Below, in pieces: positions 39,446 to 51,855 of a DNA stretch of 64,000 nt. Location: assembly GCF_004010195.1 (NCBI RefSeq), contig NC_057750.1, positions 4,944,352 to 5,008,351 of the forward strand, written 5' to 3'. Below the pieces are notes generated by a model, which did no database searches, was not told the DNA's origin, and was given only the letters and a program-made list of their open reading frames with translations. Every line of letters starts with the position of its first letter. Within the stretch, counting starts at the first letter, position 1. The position numbers were made by a program, and so were the translations under genes. The stretch comes from Chiloscyllium plagiosum (Eukaryota).

Positions 39446-40162
39446 AATCTCAAGCTAGAGGATGGAGTTGCAGACAAAAGGGGACGCTTGATTAAACTGA
39501 AGGAATTTCTTCTTCCGGGGGTTAGTGAGTGTCAGGCTGGATCGTGTGGAAGGATTTCTGAAATATTGGGGAGTCTATGCCGAGCTGTGGCAAAAGGGGA
39601 GATGAGGCCGTGGGGGAGAGCAGTCATGATCTTGTTAGATGTCAGGGCAGGTTTGAAGTCCCTGCTTCTGATTGTAATCTAATAAAATGCCCCCAAAGTG
39701 CACTACAAGAGGGTAAATCAGGTCAAATCTGACACCCCCTGAGAGTCATAGGCAGATTCACAGCAGGTGATCAAAGCCTTGGAGGGCAAGAAACAGGAGC
39801 AACAATAAACCCCGTTGAGGGGACAATACCTTTCCTTTCTGATTCGTTCACGGGATGTGGGTGTCACTGGCTCGGCCTGCATTTATTGCCCATGCCTAAT
39901 TGCCCGTGAGAGGGCAATCCAGCGTGACCATGGCTGTTCTTTCGATTTCAAACTCACTCACCCACCCACATGATCCCCTATTCTTGGTTTCTTCAATACC
40001 AAAGATCTGTGGCTCTGACCTTTCAATACACACAGCCCCGGAGCACTTTCTCCCAGTGGTCTTTAAGGAGGCCATGATGTGGAGGGGCTGGTGTTAGACT
40101 GGGGTGTACAAAGTTAAGCATCACACGACACCAGGTTATAGTCCAACAGGTTTATTTGGAAG

Positions 40163-40196
40163 CACTAGCTTTCGGAGCGCTGCTCCTTCATCAGGT
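40163..40196 (-). ncRNA. Minimal hammerhead ribozyme motif (family B)
   Basis: Minus strand acCTGATGAAGGAGCAGCGCTCCGAAAGCTAgtg. Confidence 0.6.
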
Positions 40197-41118
40197 AGCT
40201 AGGTAGCGCTCTGAATGCTTATACTGCCAAATAGACCTGTTGGACTATAACCGAGTGTCATGTGATTTTTATCTTTAAGGAGGGGGAGGGGAGGAAGCGA
40301 TGCACAACATGGGGGCGGAGTCGGGTTACTTATGTGCGAGGTATAAGTACTATTGGCAAAGTACGCCATAAGACGGAATAGAACTAGGCCATTCAGCCCA
40401 TCAACTCTGCTCTCCCATTCAACGTGATCACGGCTGATCTGATAATCCTCAACTCCACTTTCCTGCCTTTCCCCCAGAACCCCCCATTCCCTTCCTGATA
40501 AAAAACCTCTCTGCCTCAGACTGGAATGTAGTTAATGCCCCAGCCTCAACAGCCCTCTGTGGTAAAGAATTGCACAGATTCACTTGCCTGAGAGAAGGAA
40601 TTCCTCGCCATCTCCCTCAGGAAGGGAGCTATTAAGTATTACTGAGAAAAAATATCATTTTTACAAAGTCAGAGAGTCATAGAGCACGGAGACAGACCCT
40701 TCGGCCCAACCAGTCCATGCCGACCATAATCCCAACTAAACTCATTCCACCTGTCTGCTCCATATCCCTTCAAATATTTCTCTGCTACCCATTTTAGCGA
40801 TGCACCCTACAGTACAAAACACTGCTCTTGTGAATTGTCTTGACAACAGATGAAAATCTTCAACTTTTAGGTTCATAATTCTTTGAAATTTGCACCTAAT
40901 GTAGACAGGGTGGGTAAGAAGGTATTTAGCACGCCTGCCTTCATTGCTCAGACCTTTGAGTGTAGGAGATGGGTCATTATGTTGAGGTTGTACAGGACGT
41001 TGGTGATTAGATTAGATTCCTAACAGTAAGGAAACAGGCCATTTGGCCCAACAAGTACACACCGACCCTCCGAAGAGCAACCCACCCAGACCCATTCCCC
41101 TACCCTATATTTACTCTG

Positions 41119-41422
41119 TGGGCGGCACGGTGGCACAGTGGTTAGCACTGCTGCCTCACAGCGCCGGTTCAATTCCCGCCTCAGGCGACTGACTGTGTGG
41201 AGTTTGCATGTTCTCCCCGTGTCTGCGTGGGTTTCCTCCGGGTGCTCCGGTTTCCTCCCACAGTCCAAAGATGTGCAGGTCAGGGTGGATTGGCCATGGG
41301 AAATTGCCCGTAGTGTTAGGTAAGGGGTAAATGTAGGGGTATGGGTGGGTTGCGCTTCAGCGGGTCGGTGTGGACTTGTTGGGCCAAAGGGCCTGTTTCC
41401 ACACTGTAATGTAATCTAATCT
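41119..41422 (+). mobile_element. Young HE1-type V-SINE nested in an older antisense SINE
   Basis: Full head, core and tail; short actc duplication at the flanks. Confidence 0.88.
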
Positions 41423-44400
41423 ACTCCTGACTAAAGCACCTAACACTATGGGCAATTTCACCACGACCAATTCACCTGGTCAGCAAATCTTTTGGACTGT
41501 GGGAGGAAACCAGAGTGCCTGGAGGAAACCCACAGACACAGGGAGAATGTGCAAACTCCACACAGACAGTCACCCGAGGGTGGAATTGAACCCAGTTCCC
41601 TGGTGCTGTGAGGCAGCAGCGCTAACCACTGAGCCACCCACCAGGCCTCTTCTGGAATACTGTGTCCCGTTCCGGTCTCCCAGTTGTAGGAAGGATATTA
41701 TTAAGCTGGAGACGGTTCAGAGTCATTATGTTGAGGTTGTACGGGACGTTGGTGATTAGATTAGATTCCTAACAGTAAGGAAACAGGCCATTTGGCCCAA
41801 CAAGTCCACACCGACCCTCCGAAGAGCAACCCACCCAGACCCATTCCCCAACCTATATTCACTCCTGACTAATGCACCTAACACTATTGGCAATTTCACC
41901 ACGACCAATTCACCTGGTCAGCAAATCTTTTGGACTGTGGGAGGAAACCAGAGTGCCTGGAGGAAACCCACAGACACGGGGAGAATGTGCAAACTCCACA
42001 CAGACAGTCACCCGAGGGTGGAATTGAACCCAGTTCCCTGGTGCTGTGAGGCAGCAGCGCTAACCACTGAGCCACCCACCAGGCCTCTTCTGGAATACTG
42101 TGTCCCGTTCCGGTCTCCCAGTTGTAGGAAGGATATTATTAAGCTGGAGACGGTTCAGAAGAGATTTACCAGGATGTTGGCGGGTATGGAGGGGTTGAGT
42201 TATAAAGAAAGGCTGGATAGGCTGGGACTTTTTCACTGGAGCGTATGAGGGTGAGAGGTGACCTTATAGGGGTTTATAAACGAGGTCAGGTGAATGGCAG
42301 GTGTCTTTTCCCTAGGGTGGGGAATTTCAAGACTAGGGGGCACATTTTTAAGGTGAGAGGGGAAAGATTTTAAAAAGACAATTTCTCTTACACAGAGCAT
42401 TGTCCGTGTGTAGAATGAGCCTCCAGAGGAAGTGGTGGGAGTGTGCACAGTTACAGCATTTAAAAGACATTTAGATAGGTACATGAATAGGAAAGGTTTG
42501 GAGGGACATGGGCCAGGAGCAGGCAGGTGGGACTAGTCTAGTTTGGGATTATAGCTAGCATGGACAGGTTGGACTGAAGGGTCTGTCTCTATGCTGTATG
42601 ACTCGGTGGCTCAGTGGTTAGCACTGCTGCCTCACAGCACCAGGGTCCTGGGTTTGATTCCCGCCTCCCATGCTAAATTGCCCACAGTGTTAGGTATGTT
42701 AGTCAGGGGCAAATATAGGGTAGGGGAATAGGCTTGGGTGAGTTACTCTTCGGAGGCGCTGTGTGGACTTGTTTCCACACTGTAGAGAATCTAGTCAATA
42801 AGATGATATTTCTCTCAGCAATATGCAAATTCGGTACCACCAAACAACCACTGGCAGGGTTTAGCTCATTTCTTTCCCAACTGGATTACAGCCAGGAGAG
42901 GACTTTTACAGCATCGAGCGGAGGCTGTTCGGCCCATTCAGCCCATGTTGGAAACCCAAGCTGATTGTTGTGTTCGGAGGGGAAGTAGGTGCTGAGGCGA
43001 GGGAGGCTCCCGAACTGTTCCCCAGTCGGGGCTAAGCGTCCAAGACAGGTTGGGGTGTGGATTCAGAATTTTCTTTCTGACCACACGTGCCAGGGGTTTA
43101 GAAAGTGGGGCGCAGAGTTGGTTTGGAAGCGATGGTAACACAACATGTTTTTAACAAGGCTTGTTATTTCTTAGATTACACAATTCAGTCAGAATCAAGT
43201 TGATCTTTCCATTGTTATGCTCATCAACTTCCTCTCGTGTCTTTGAACTCATCGTCTTTTTGTCCTTCTGCACCCACAAAGTTTGCTCGTTCGGTTTAAA
43301 CTATGAGTCTTATACAGATAATGCCATTGCGTGTAATTTTTGTTGTTCATCTTTTTCCTATTTGTCTTCCTTTTTTATTTGCGTTTTTTTTTGTCATACT
43401 CGGAATGACACGATATTATTCCAATCTCTGAGCGATGGGGCAAGTGTCAGGGAGGGCCGGGGCTGAGGTTTTGGGGCACCGCGAATCAGGGATTAAACAC
43501 CCCGCCCCCTCCCAACTGTACCCCCACCACACACGCACATACATCACGCCCCCGACCCCCACCACCCATGACAGGGAACCCCAGGTTTGCGAGTCCTCAC
43601 TGACCAGGGTTGCAATTGAACTCACTGCCTCTGGTTAATCGGGAGATTGGGGAGAGTCGTGGTATAAAATAGGGATGCAGGCTTCCTTCGTGGTCGGAAG
43701 GTGGGAGGGGCGGGGGCTTGCAGAGTCTGTATTGTCTGCACTTTTGTATGTAACAGTACTGTGTAATGTACAACTGTCATTGCTGTTGTCTCTTTATATC
43801 TTTATGTGAAACTGGGATTTGAGGTTTGTCCTCATGTCCCTGTAAACTGTTTGAACGGTAGGGTTTGGGGCCTGGCTCTGCTGCTCCTCTCCCTTGTAAA
43901 ATTGCTGTCTCTTGTATGCAGCTGTAAATGTAACTGTTTGTTGTAAACTGTTTTTGTAATTTGTTTAATAAAATAAAATATAAAATAGGGATGAGGGGGC
44001 AGGGAAATAGAGGCAGAGAGCAACTGGGAATGGAGAGACAGGGAGGGAGAGGAAGTGCAAGGGAGGGAGGGAGAGAGACAGAGAATGGGGGGACAGTGAA
44101 GTGTAAGGCAGTTCAACGGGCAACAGGGATGGTGGTCAGGCCCACAAACCCAGAATCAATTAGAATTAGAATCCTTAAGTGCGGAAACAAGCCATTTGGC
44201 CAACAATTCCACACAAACCCTCTGAAACGTATCCCAGCCATATCCATTATTACTCTACAGACTTATTACTCTATATTTCCCCTGACTAACCTACCCTAAC
44301 CTACACATCCTTGAACACTATGGGACAATTTCCTCCGAGTGCTCCAGTTTCCTCCCAGTGTCCAAAAATGTGCAGGTTACGGTGGATTGGCCGTGGGAAA

Positions 44401-44716
44401 TTGCCCCATAGTGTTCAGGGATGTGTAGGTTGGGGTAAATGTCAAGTAGTAGGGTAGGGGAATGTATCTGGGAGGGCTATCCTTTGGAGGGTCTGTGTCA
44501 ACCTGTGAGCTAAATGGCTTGTTTCCATGCTGTAGGGATTCTAGGTATTCAATTAAAGCAGGGGTGGTGTCTATGTGTGTGTGTGTGTGTATGTGTATGA
44601 GAGAGAAAAGAGCTGTGCAGCCAGTAGAAAGTTTAACCCTTTTGAGAGTCGGGTTGAATGCACATTTGTTTGTTGGTGATTGAATGTTTGTGCTTTGTTC
44701 CCTGGAGCTTGAGATC

Positions 44717-45339
44717 NNNNNNNNNNNNNNNNNNNNNNNNNNNNNNNNNNNNNNNNNNNNNNNNNNNNNNNNNNNNNNNNNNNNNNNNNNNNNNNNNNNN
44801 NNNNNNNNNNNNNNNNNNNNNNNNNNNNNNNNNNNNNNNNNNNNNNNNNNNNNNNNNNNNNNNNNNNNNNNNNNNNNNNNNNNNNNNNNNNNNNNNNNNN
44901 NNNNNNNNNNNNNNNNNNNNNNNNNNNNNNNNNNNNNNNNNNNNNNNNNNNNNNNNNNNNNNNNNNNNNNNNNNNNNNNNNNNNNNNNNNNNNNNNNNNN
45001 NNNNNNNNNNNNNNNNNNNNNNNNNNNNNNNNNNNNNNNNNNNNNNNNNNNNNNNNNNNNNNNNNNNNNNNNNNNNNNNNNNNNNNNNNNNNNNNNNNNN
45101 NNNNNNNNNNNNNNNNNNNNNNNNNNNNNNNNNNNNNNNNNNNNNNNNNNNNNNNNNNNNNNNNNNNNNNNNNNNNNNNNNNNNNNNNNNNNNNNNNNNN
45201 NNNNNNNNNNNNNNNNNNNNNNNNNNNNNNNNNNNNNNNNNNNNNNNNNNNNNNNNNNNNNNNNNNNNNNNNNNNNNNNNNNNNNNNNNNNNNNNNNNNN
45301 NNNNNNNNNNNNNNNNNNNNNNNNNNNNNNNNNNNNNNN
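44717..45339. other. Assembly gap (623 N)
   Basis: Run of N. Confidence 1.
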
Positions 45340-45685
45340 TATCTACCTGCGACTCCACCTTCAAGGAGCTATGAACCTGCACTCCAAGGTCTCTTTGTTC
45401 AGCAACACTCCCTAGGACCTTACCATTAAGTGTATAAGTCCTGCTAAGATTTGCTTTCCCAAAATGCAGCACCTTGCATTTATCTGAATTAAACTCCATC
45501 TGCCACTTCTCAGCCCATTGGCTCATCTGGTCCAGATCCTGTTGTAATCTGAGATAACCCTCTTCGCTGTCCCCTACACCTCCAATTTTGGTGTCATCTG
45601 CAAACTTACTAACTGTACCTCTTACGTTCACATCCAAATCGTTCATATAAATGACGAAAAGCAGTGGACCCAGCACCAATCCAAG
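45340..45685 (-). mobile_element. CR1 LINE reverse-transcriptase fragment running into an assembly gap
   Basis: GPLLFVIYMNDL...KFADDTKIG...WQMEFN. Confidence 0.9.
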
Positions 45686-45750
45686 CATCCAGGTTCAATA
45701 GCTGGTCAATGGCCTAGACCCAAGGGAAGTGGTTACAGGGAGAAACTTAC

Positions 45751-45859
45751 CAAAAGCATCCTCCTTAACAACAAAATCCTGACACCCAGAAGCTCCGTTT
45801 CCGAGTCGAACTGTCAGCATCTTATTTTTCCCACAATTATTACTCCACATCAGAAATGT
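45751..45859 (-). CDS. RINL: RINL exon, SH2 core (TFLMWSNNCGKNKMLTVRLGNGASGCQDFVVKEDAF)
   Basis: Acceptor ctaatttcag|A, donor TTTG|gtaagt. 109 nt, phases 0 to 1. Matches the RIN 'xFLV...VLSLRL...F.IKE' exon. Confidence 0.87.
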
Positions 45860-46606
45860 CTGAAATTAGGAAGGAGACAGTTCTGTATGAGTGTATCAGT
45901 GCTGTAGTAGAGTCCTTACCTCTGAGCTGGGAGAACCTGGTTGGGCTCCAGAAGATATGTCACAGCCTCATGGAACGGACTGTATCGGAAAATATCTAGA
46001 ATGTAAAACAGCTCCAGGCTCTTTCCCGCTTCCCATTCGCACAGTGTCATCCGGAACGCTGTTGGCTGGATCTAAACTTGCACCAATTCACATTCCCCAT
46101 CACTGGCCCCCCAGACAAGCACTGCCTCCATTTTAAAAACATTCTCTTCCTTGTTTCTGCCTCCCTCCATGGGCTTCACCTCCTCTGCCCTGTCCCTGTG
46201 ATCTCCTCTGGCTTCCCAAGGCCCTGGAAACCTCCGCACTCCCCTACCTCCGGCCTCTAGAGTATCCCTTCCATATTCCCATCATTCCACCATTGGCGGC
46301 TGTGCCTTCAGTTGGCAGGGACCTGGAATACCCTCCCTAGCTCTCTCTCTCTCTCTTCCTTTAAGACGATCTGTAAAACCACCCTCTCCAACCCAAGCTC
46401 AGGGTCACCTGTTGCTCAGTTCAAGTGGCTCAGGCTCAAATTCCGTGGCATAATGCTTGCTACAAAGTACCTCAGGATGCTCAAGGTACTACATAAATTA
46501 AGTTGTTGTTGACGCCAACACCCATTCTGATTTCAGGTCAACGTGGATAGCTTCTTCTGAGAGACTCTTGACGCACAGAATTCAAATAAAGACAAGCTGG
46601 CAAATG

Positions 46607-46822
46607 TGGAGAAAGTGAGGACGGCAGGTGCTGGAGATCAGAGTCGAGAATGTGGTGCTGGAAAAGCACAGCAGGTCAGGCAGTATCCAAGGAGCAGGAG
46701 AGTTGACGTTTCGGGCAAAAGCTCTTCATCTTTCCTGATGAAGGGCTTATGCCCGAAACGTCAACAGTCCTGCTTCTTGGATGCTGCCTGACCAGATGTG
46801 CTTTTCCAGCACTACACTCTCA
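46607..46822. mobile_element. Palindromic Penelope-derived element
   Basis: Same family as 60982-61221; imperfect TSD aagctggcaaatg / aagctgacaaatg. Confidence 0.75.
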
Positions 46823-47678
46823 AAGCTGACAAATGGAAACGAAATTGAGCAGTTTGGGTCTATACTCTCTGAAGTATAGAAGATTGAGAGGAGATCTGAT
46901 TGAGGTCCAGAAGATGCTAAAGGGGACTCTGACAAAATAAACATACAGAGAATGTTTTCCCTAGGGATGTGGATAGGGTAAATAGACAAGGTCTTTTCCC
47001 TGGGGTGGGGGAGTCCAGAACTAGAAGGGCATAGGTTTAAGATGAGAGGGGAAAGATTTAAAAGAGACCTACAGGACAACTTTTTCACACAGAGGGTGGT
47101 GTGTATGGAATGAGCTGCCAGAGGAAGTGGTGGAGGCTGGTACAATTACAGCATTTAAAAGGCATCTGGATGGGGACATGAATAGGAAGGGTTTGGAGGG
47201 ATATGGGCCAAATACCGGCAAATGGGACTAGATTAGGTTAGGATGTCTGGAAACAGCATGGAAACAGACCCCTTCATGCCGAACAGATATCCCAATCTAA
47301 TCTCATCCCATTTTCCACCACTTGGCCCATATCCCTTGAAACCCTTCCTATTCATACACCCATCCAGATACATTTTAAATGTACCCGTCTCCACCACTTC
47401 CTCTGGCAGCTCATTCCACACACGCACCGCCCTTTTGTGAAAAAGTTGCCCCTTAGGTCCATTTTAAATCTTTCTCTCTCACCCTAAACCCAGAATCCTC
47501 TAACTCTGGACTCCCCCACCCTAGGGAAAAGACCTTGTCTTATCACTCTATCCATGTCCCTCATGATTTTTATAAACCTCTATAAGGTCACCCCTCAGCC
47601 TCTGTTGCTCCAGGGAAAACAGCCCCAGCCTGTTCAGCCTCTCTCTATTGCTCCTAACATGACCCTCCAACTCCTCTA

Positions 47679-47907
47679 CAGGTATCCCTCGCTTTTCTGA
47701 AGTTCACTTCACATCACTTTGCTTTTACAAAAGACCAATATTAGTGCCTGTTTTCACTAACCGAAAGGAATCTGGAGAGGAGTTTGGCTTTTATGAAAAG
47801 ATGTGGAATTTTTCCCATATAAATTAATGCTTCTTTGCTGACCACCATTTCGGCTTACTAAAGGTTGCACAGGAATGCTCTACTTTCAGATAGCGGAGGG
47901 ATACCTG
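47679..47907. mobile_element. Tc1/pogo(Tigger)-like MITE (degenerate copy at ~13017-13220)
   Basis: TA|CAGGTATCCCTCGCT...AGCGGAGGGATACCTG terminal inverted repeats; internal sequence shared with 13017-13220. Confidence 0.65.
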
Positions 47908-47973
47908 CAGTCAATGCACCGATCAATAGGGGCAATCATACGAAACGCCACCTTTACTACCCCTCAGCCTCCA

Positions 47974-48282
47974 GGGCGACACGGTGGCTCAGTGGTTAGC
48001 ACCGCTGCCTCATAGCACCAGGGTGCCAGGTTCAATTCCAGCCTCGGGTGACTGTCTGTGTGGAGTTTGCACATTCTCCCTGTGTCTGTGTGGGTTTCCT
48101 CCAGGTGCTCCGGTTTCCTCCCATAGTCCAAAGATGTACACGTTAGGTGAATTGGCCTAACTAAATTGCCCCATAGTATTAGGTGCATTAGTCAGAGGGA
48201 AATGGGTCTGGGGGGGGTTACTCTTCGGAGGGTCGGTGTGGACTGGTTGGGCCGAAGGGCTTGTTTCCACACTGTAGGGAAT
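47974..48282 (+). mobile_element. HE1-type V-SINE
   Basis: A/B boxes, V core, tail. Confidence 0.88.
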
Positions 48283-49061
48283 CGAGTCTGTCTACCTGTG
48301 ATTCCACTTTCAAAGAACTATGAACCCAAAACTCCCCAGGAAGAGAGCTGTGTAGAGTTTGAAAGGTTTGATGGTCAAGAGGGAGGTGCCTGTCTGTCCA
48401 TAATGGCAAAAATATCAGGATAACACACAGGGTGAGTCTGAATCGCTGGCTGGAAATGGTACGTTAAGAATGATTGACTCCTGGGCTGAAATCTGGTTTG
48501 GTTATCGGGGAAATTCAAGCTGTGGGATCGTTTCTGGAGGTTTGGGGTGGGAGTTTTGTTAACTGCTCACACCCCCCCCCACCCCCATTATTGTGCCCCG
48601 ACCCTTCACCAAGTGTTGCCATGGATACCGCTGTCAACTCACAGCACGGATATTACCCTCTGCGCATCCTGTCGGGCTGCTGCACTGCCAGAGGTGCTGT
48701 TTTTCAGGATAAGATGCCTCTCCTCTCCTATGATCACTGATCCGAATGGGAACAGCAGGGGAGCTCTGTCCCAGGACAATGTTTAACCCTCAACCATCAT
48801 CAGTAAAAATGAAGTCACCTGACCAAGGAGCTCCGAAAGCTCATGATTAAACCTGTTGAACTATAACCTGGTGTCGTGTGATGACTGACCTCCTCCACTG
48901 AGTGTAGGAGACTGACACATTGCAACGTCCAGGACTCCGAGGGGAGGGAAGGCACTGAAGATGTGGACACAAGTCACTGTCAAAGGCCCTCCGGCTACAG
49001 AACACAGAGAAGTTGGAAACTGTACAAAACCCTGGGCTGGGTGTTTAACATGTAATAAGTG

Positions 49062-49187
49062 TGGAGAAAGTGAGGTCTGCAGATGCTGGAGATCAAAGTT
49101 GAAACTTTATTGCTGGAACAGCACAGCAGGTCAGGCAGCATCCAGGGAACAGGAGATTCGACGTTTCGGGCACAGGCCCTTCTTCAG
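49062..49187 (-). mobile_element. Single-arm Penelope-derived element
   Basis: Same family; direct repeat gtaataagtgtgg at 49052-49064 and 49187-49199. Confidence 0.78.
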
Positions 49188-49679
49188 TAATAAGTGTGGT
49201 CAATAGTAACTAATTGCAAATGCACTGAGTAACTACAGTATTGAAATAAACTGATTAGATTTGCACTTTATATAATGTCAACTTAGATCAGATAAATAAT
49301 GCACTCTTATAAACTAAATGAGTAATGTATGTTTTGTGTGAAAATACTTAGCACTAATTACATTATATCAATATCCTGAGAACAGGTAAAGTCCAGATGG
49401 GGATGATTATAATGTTATGATCACTGTTTCCTGGGAACCAGACGGATAAAGAATGGATGAAGTGGAGAGGGACTTTGGATATGGGAGGAGGCAGGGGAAG
49501 CCTGGGTTTGGTCCTCTTTAGGAGGTTAAGGGGTGATTTAAGGTTCAAAATAATGAGGTGTTCTGAGAGAGTAAATAGAGGGAAACTGTTTAGGCTGATA
49601 GAAGAGTTGGTGACACATTGGTGGAAGGGGCAGGGGTGGGGGGGAAGTGGAGGGGACTTATTTTTTAAACTCACTGAGG

Positions 49680-50370
49680 AGAACAAGTTATATAGTTTGT
49701 TGAAAGTGCCGTCACAGGTGGACAGGACGGTGAAGAAGGCATTTAGCGTGCTGGCATTCATCAGTCGAGGCATTGAGTATCAGAGTTGGGACGTTATGTT
49801 ACAGCTTTATACGTTGTTAGTGAGGTCCCACATGGAGTATTGTGTACGTTTTGGTCACCCTGTTATAGAAAGGACATTGTTAAATTGGAAAGCGTGCAAT
49901 GAAAATTTACGAGGATATTGTCAGGACCAGTCGGCCTGGATTATAGGGAGAGGTTAGCCAGGATAGGACGTTATTCCTAGAAACATAGGAGAAATCAGGG
50001 TGACCTTATTGAGGTATGTACTATCATCAGAACCATTGATAGGATGAATGCAGAAAATCTTTTTCCTAGGGATGGGGAATTGAAAACGAGTGGGCATAGG
50101 TTTAAGGTGAGAGGGGAAAGATTTAAGAAGGACCTGAGGGGCAACTTCTTCACCCAGAAAGTGGTGCGGGTGTGGAAGGGTGCCAGAGGAAGTGGTTGAG
50201 GCTGGTACAATAAAAAATATTTAAAAGAATTTGGATGTGAACATGGATGGGAAGGGTTTAGAGGAATATGGACCAAATGGAGGTAATTGGAACCAGCTGA
50301 GTGGGCACCATGGTCAGCACAGACCAGGTTGGGCCAAAGGGCCTGTTTTCATGCCGTATGGCTCTCTCAC
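49680..50370 (+). mobile_element. CR1 LINE 3' fragment
   Basis: QVDRTVKKAFSVLAFI...LYTLLVRSHMEYCV motifs. Confidence 0.85.
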
Positions 50371-50607
50371 TCTACGTTATGGTCTTCAATGTGTTGCCAA
50401 TGAGAGGAATGCGAAAGCAATGGGGAGTTAGGTAAATACTGGCCAACAAAATGTGTTCAGGGGAGCGGAAAGAGGAGGGTGACTCTTCACTCGATGAGCC
50501 AGTATTGGGAGACTGGACCGAACGGCCTCCTCCTGCGTTGACTGAAACCCCAAGCACGCTACAATCGAGCACAGGAGGAGCCAACGTGGCGGTGTCTGCA
50601 GGCTTAC

Positions 50608-50794
50608 CCCTGGCGGCTGATTCCTCAGGATGTCCCTGACTTGTGCTGACTCGATCCCCAGCTGCAGCCAGATGTTGTGGGACAGCATCAGTTTGTCGAA
50701 GAGAGTGAGCTTTGTAGGCACCGGGACATTTCCTGGATCCTCCTCCTTCTCGCAAAGCCTCGGGTATGCTCCATTGCACAGCTGTTTGTGAGGG
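50608..50794 (-). CDS. RINL: RIN-family (RINL) coding exon, start of SH2 domain (...KLTLFDKLMLSHNIWLQLGIESAQVRDILRNQPPG)
   Basis: Acceptor ccctgcag|C, donor GGG|gtaagc. Peptide resembles RIN2 'LDRLLHTHPIWLQL...QPPG'. 187 nt; starts in phase 2, ends in phase 0. Confidence 0.88.
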
Positions 50795-51820
50795 CTGCAG
50801 GGACTGAGGGACAAGACCATCGACATTAACACCACCAGCGCCCCAGCACAAACTGCAGCCTCCCAAGAACAGTCACCTTACACTAATGTCTTTTACGGAC
50901 TTGGGCATCATTCAGGTAGAGCAGCATTGTACAGCCATCCCTAATCACCCTGGGGACGACGGTGATAAAAACAGCCATTCAGCCCCTCAAGGAGAAACTG
51001 AGGACTGCAGATCCTGGAGATTAGAGTCAAGATTAGAGTGGTGCTGGAAAAACACAGCAGGTCAGGCAGCATCTGAGGAGCAGGAGAATTAACATTTCGG
51101 TTCCTGATGAAGGGCTTTTGCCCGAAACATCGATTTTCCTGCTCCTCGGATGCTGCCTGACCTAGGTCAGGCAGCATCTGAGGAGCAGGAGAATTAACAT
51201 TTCGGCTTTTGCCCGAAACATCGATTTTCCTGCTCCTCGGATGCTGCCTGACCTGCTGTGCTTTTCCAGCGCCACTCTAATCTTGATTCAGCCCCTTGAG
51301 CCTGTTCCACCATTCAGTGAGATCAAGGTCAAAAATAACACGAGGTTATAGCCTGACAGGTTTATTTGAAAACACAAGCTTTCGGAGAATTGCTCCTACA
51401 CCTGATGAAGGGGCAGCATTTGTGATTTTTAAAAAAGACCTGTCAGGCTATAACCCGATGTGGTGTGACTTCTGACCTTGTCCACCCCAGGCTAATACCG
51501 GCACCTCTACACCAATGAGACAATGGTTGATCTGCACCCTCACTCCCCACTTTCTGGCCCACCTACCTTTGCTGAACAAAACATCATCTCTAATCCAGAA
51601 TTAACAACTGAAGTTAAAAACCACACGACATCAGGTTAAAGTCTGACAGGTTTATTTAGAAGCACTAGCTTTCAAAGCTGGGGCAGAGGACACCATGGAA
51701 CGTTATGGGGTTGGAAGAGATTACGGAGATCGGGAAGGGTATGTAGGGATTCGAAAACAAGGGTGAGAGTTTTGAAATCAGTTCTTTACATGAATGGGAG
51801 CCAATGTTGTTTGTGACAAC

Positions 51821-51855
51821 CACCTGATGAAGGAGCAGCGCTCCGAAAGCTAGTG
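51821..51855 (+). ncRNA. Minimal hammerhead ribozyme motif (family B)
   Basis: cac-CTGATGA-A-GGAGC-agc-GCTCC-GAAA-GCTA-gtg: intact core, 5-bp stem II, palindromic AGCT stem III, 3-bp stem I. Confidence 0.65.

Noticed and set aside
38942..39682. 140-aa and 211-aa ORFs
   Set aside because: Translations of the 36-bp minisatellite.
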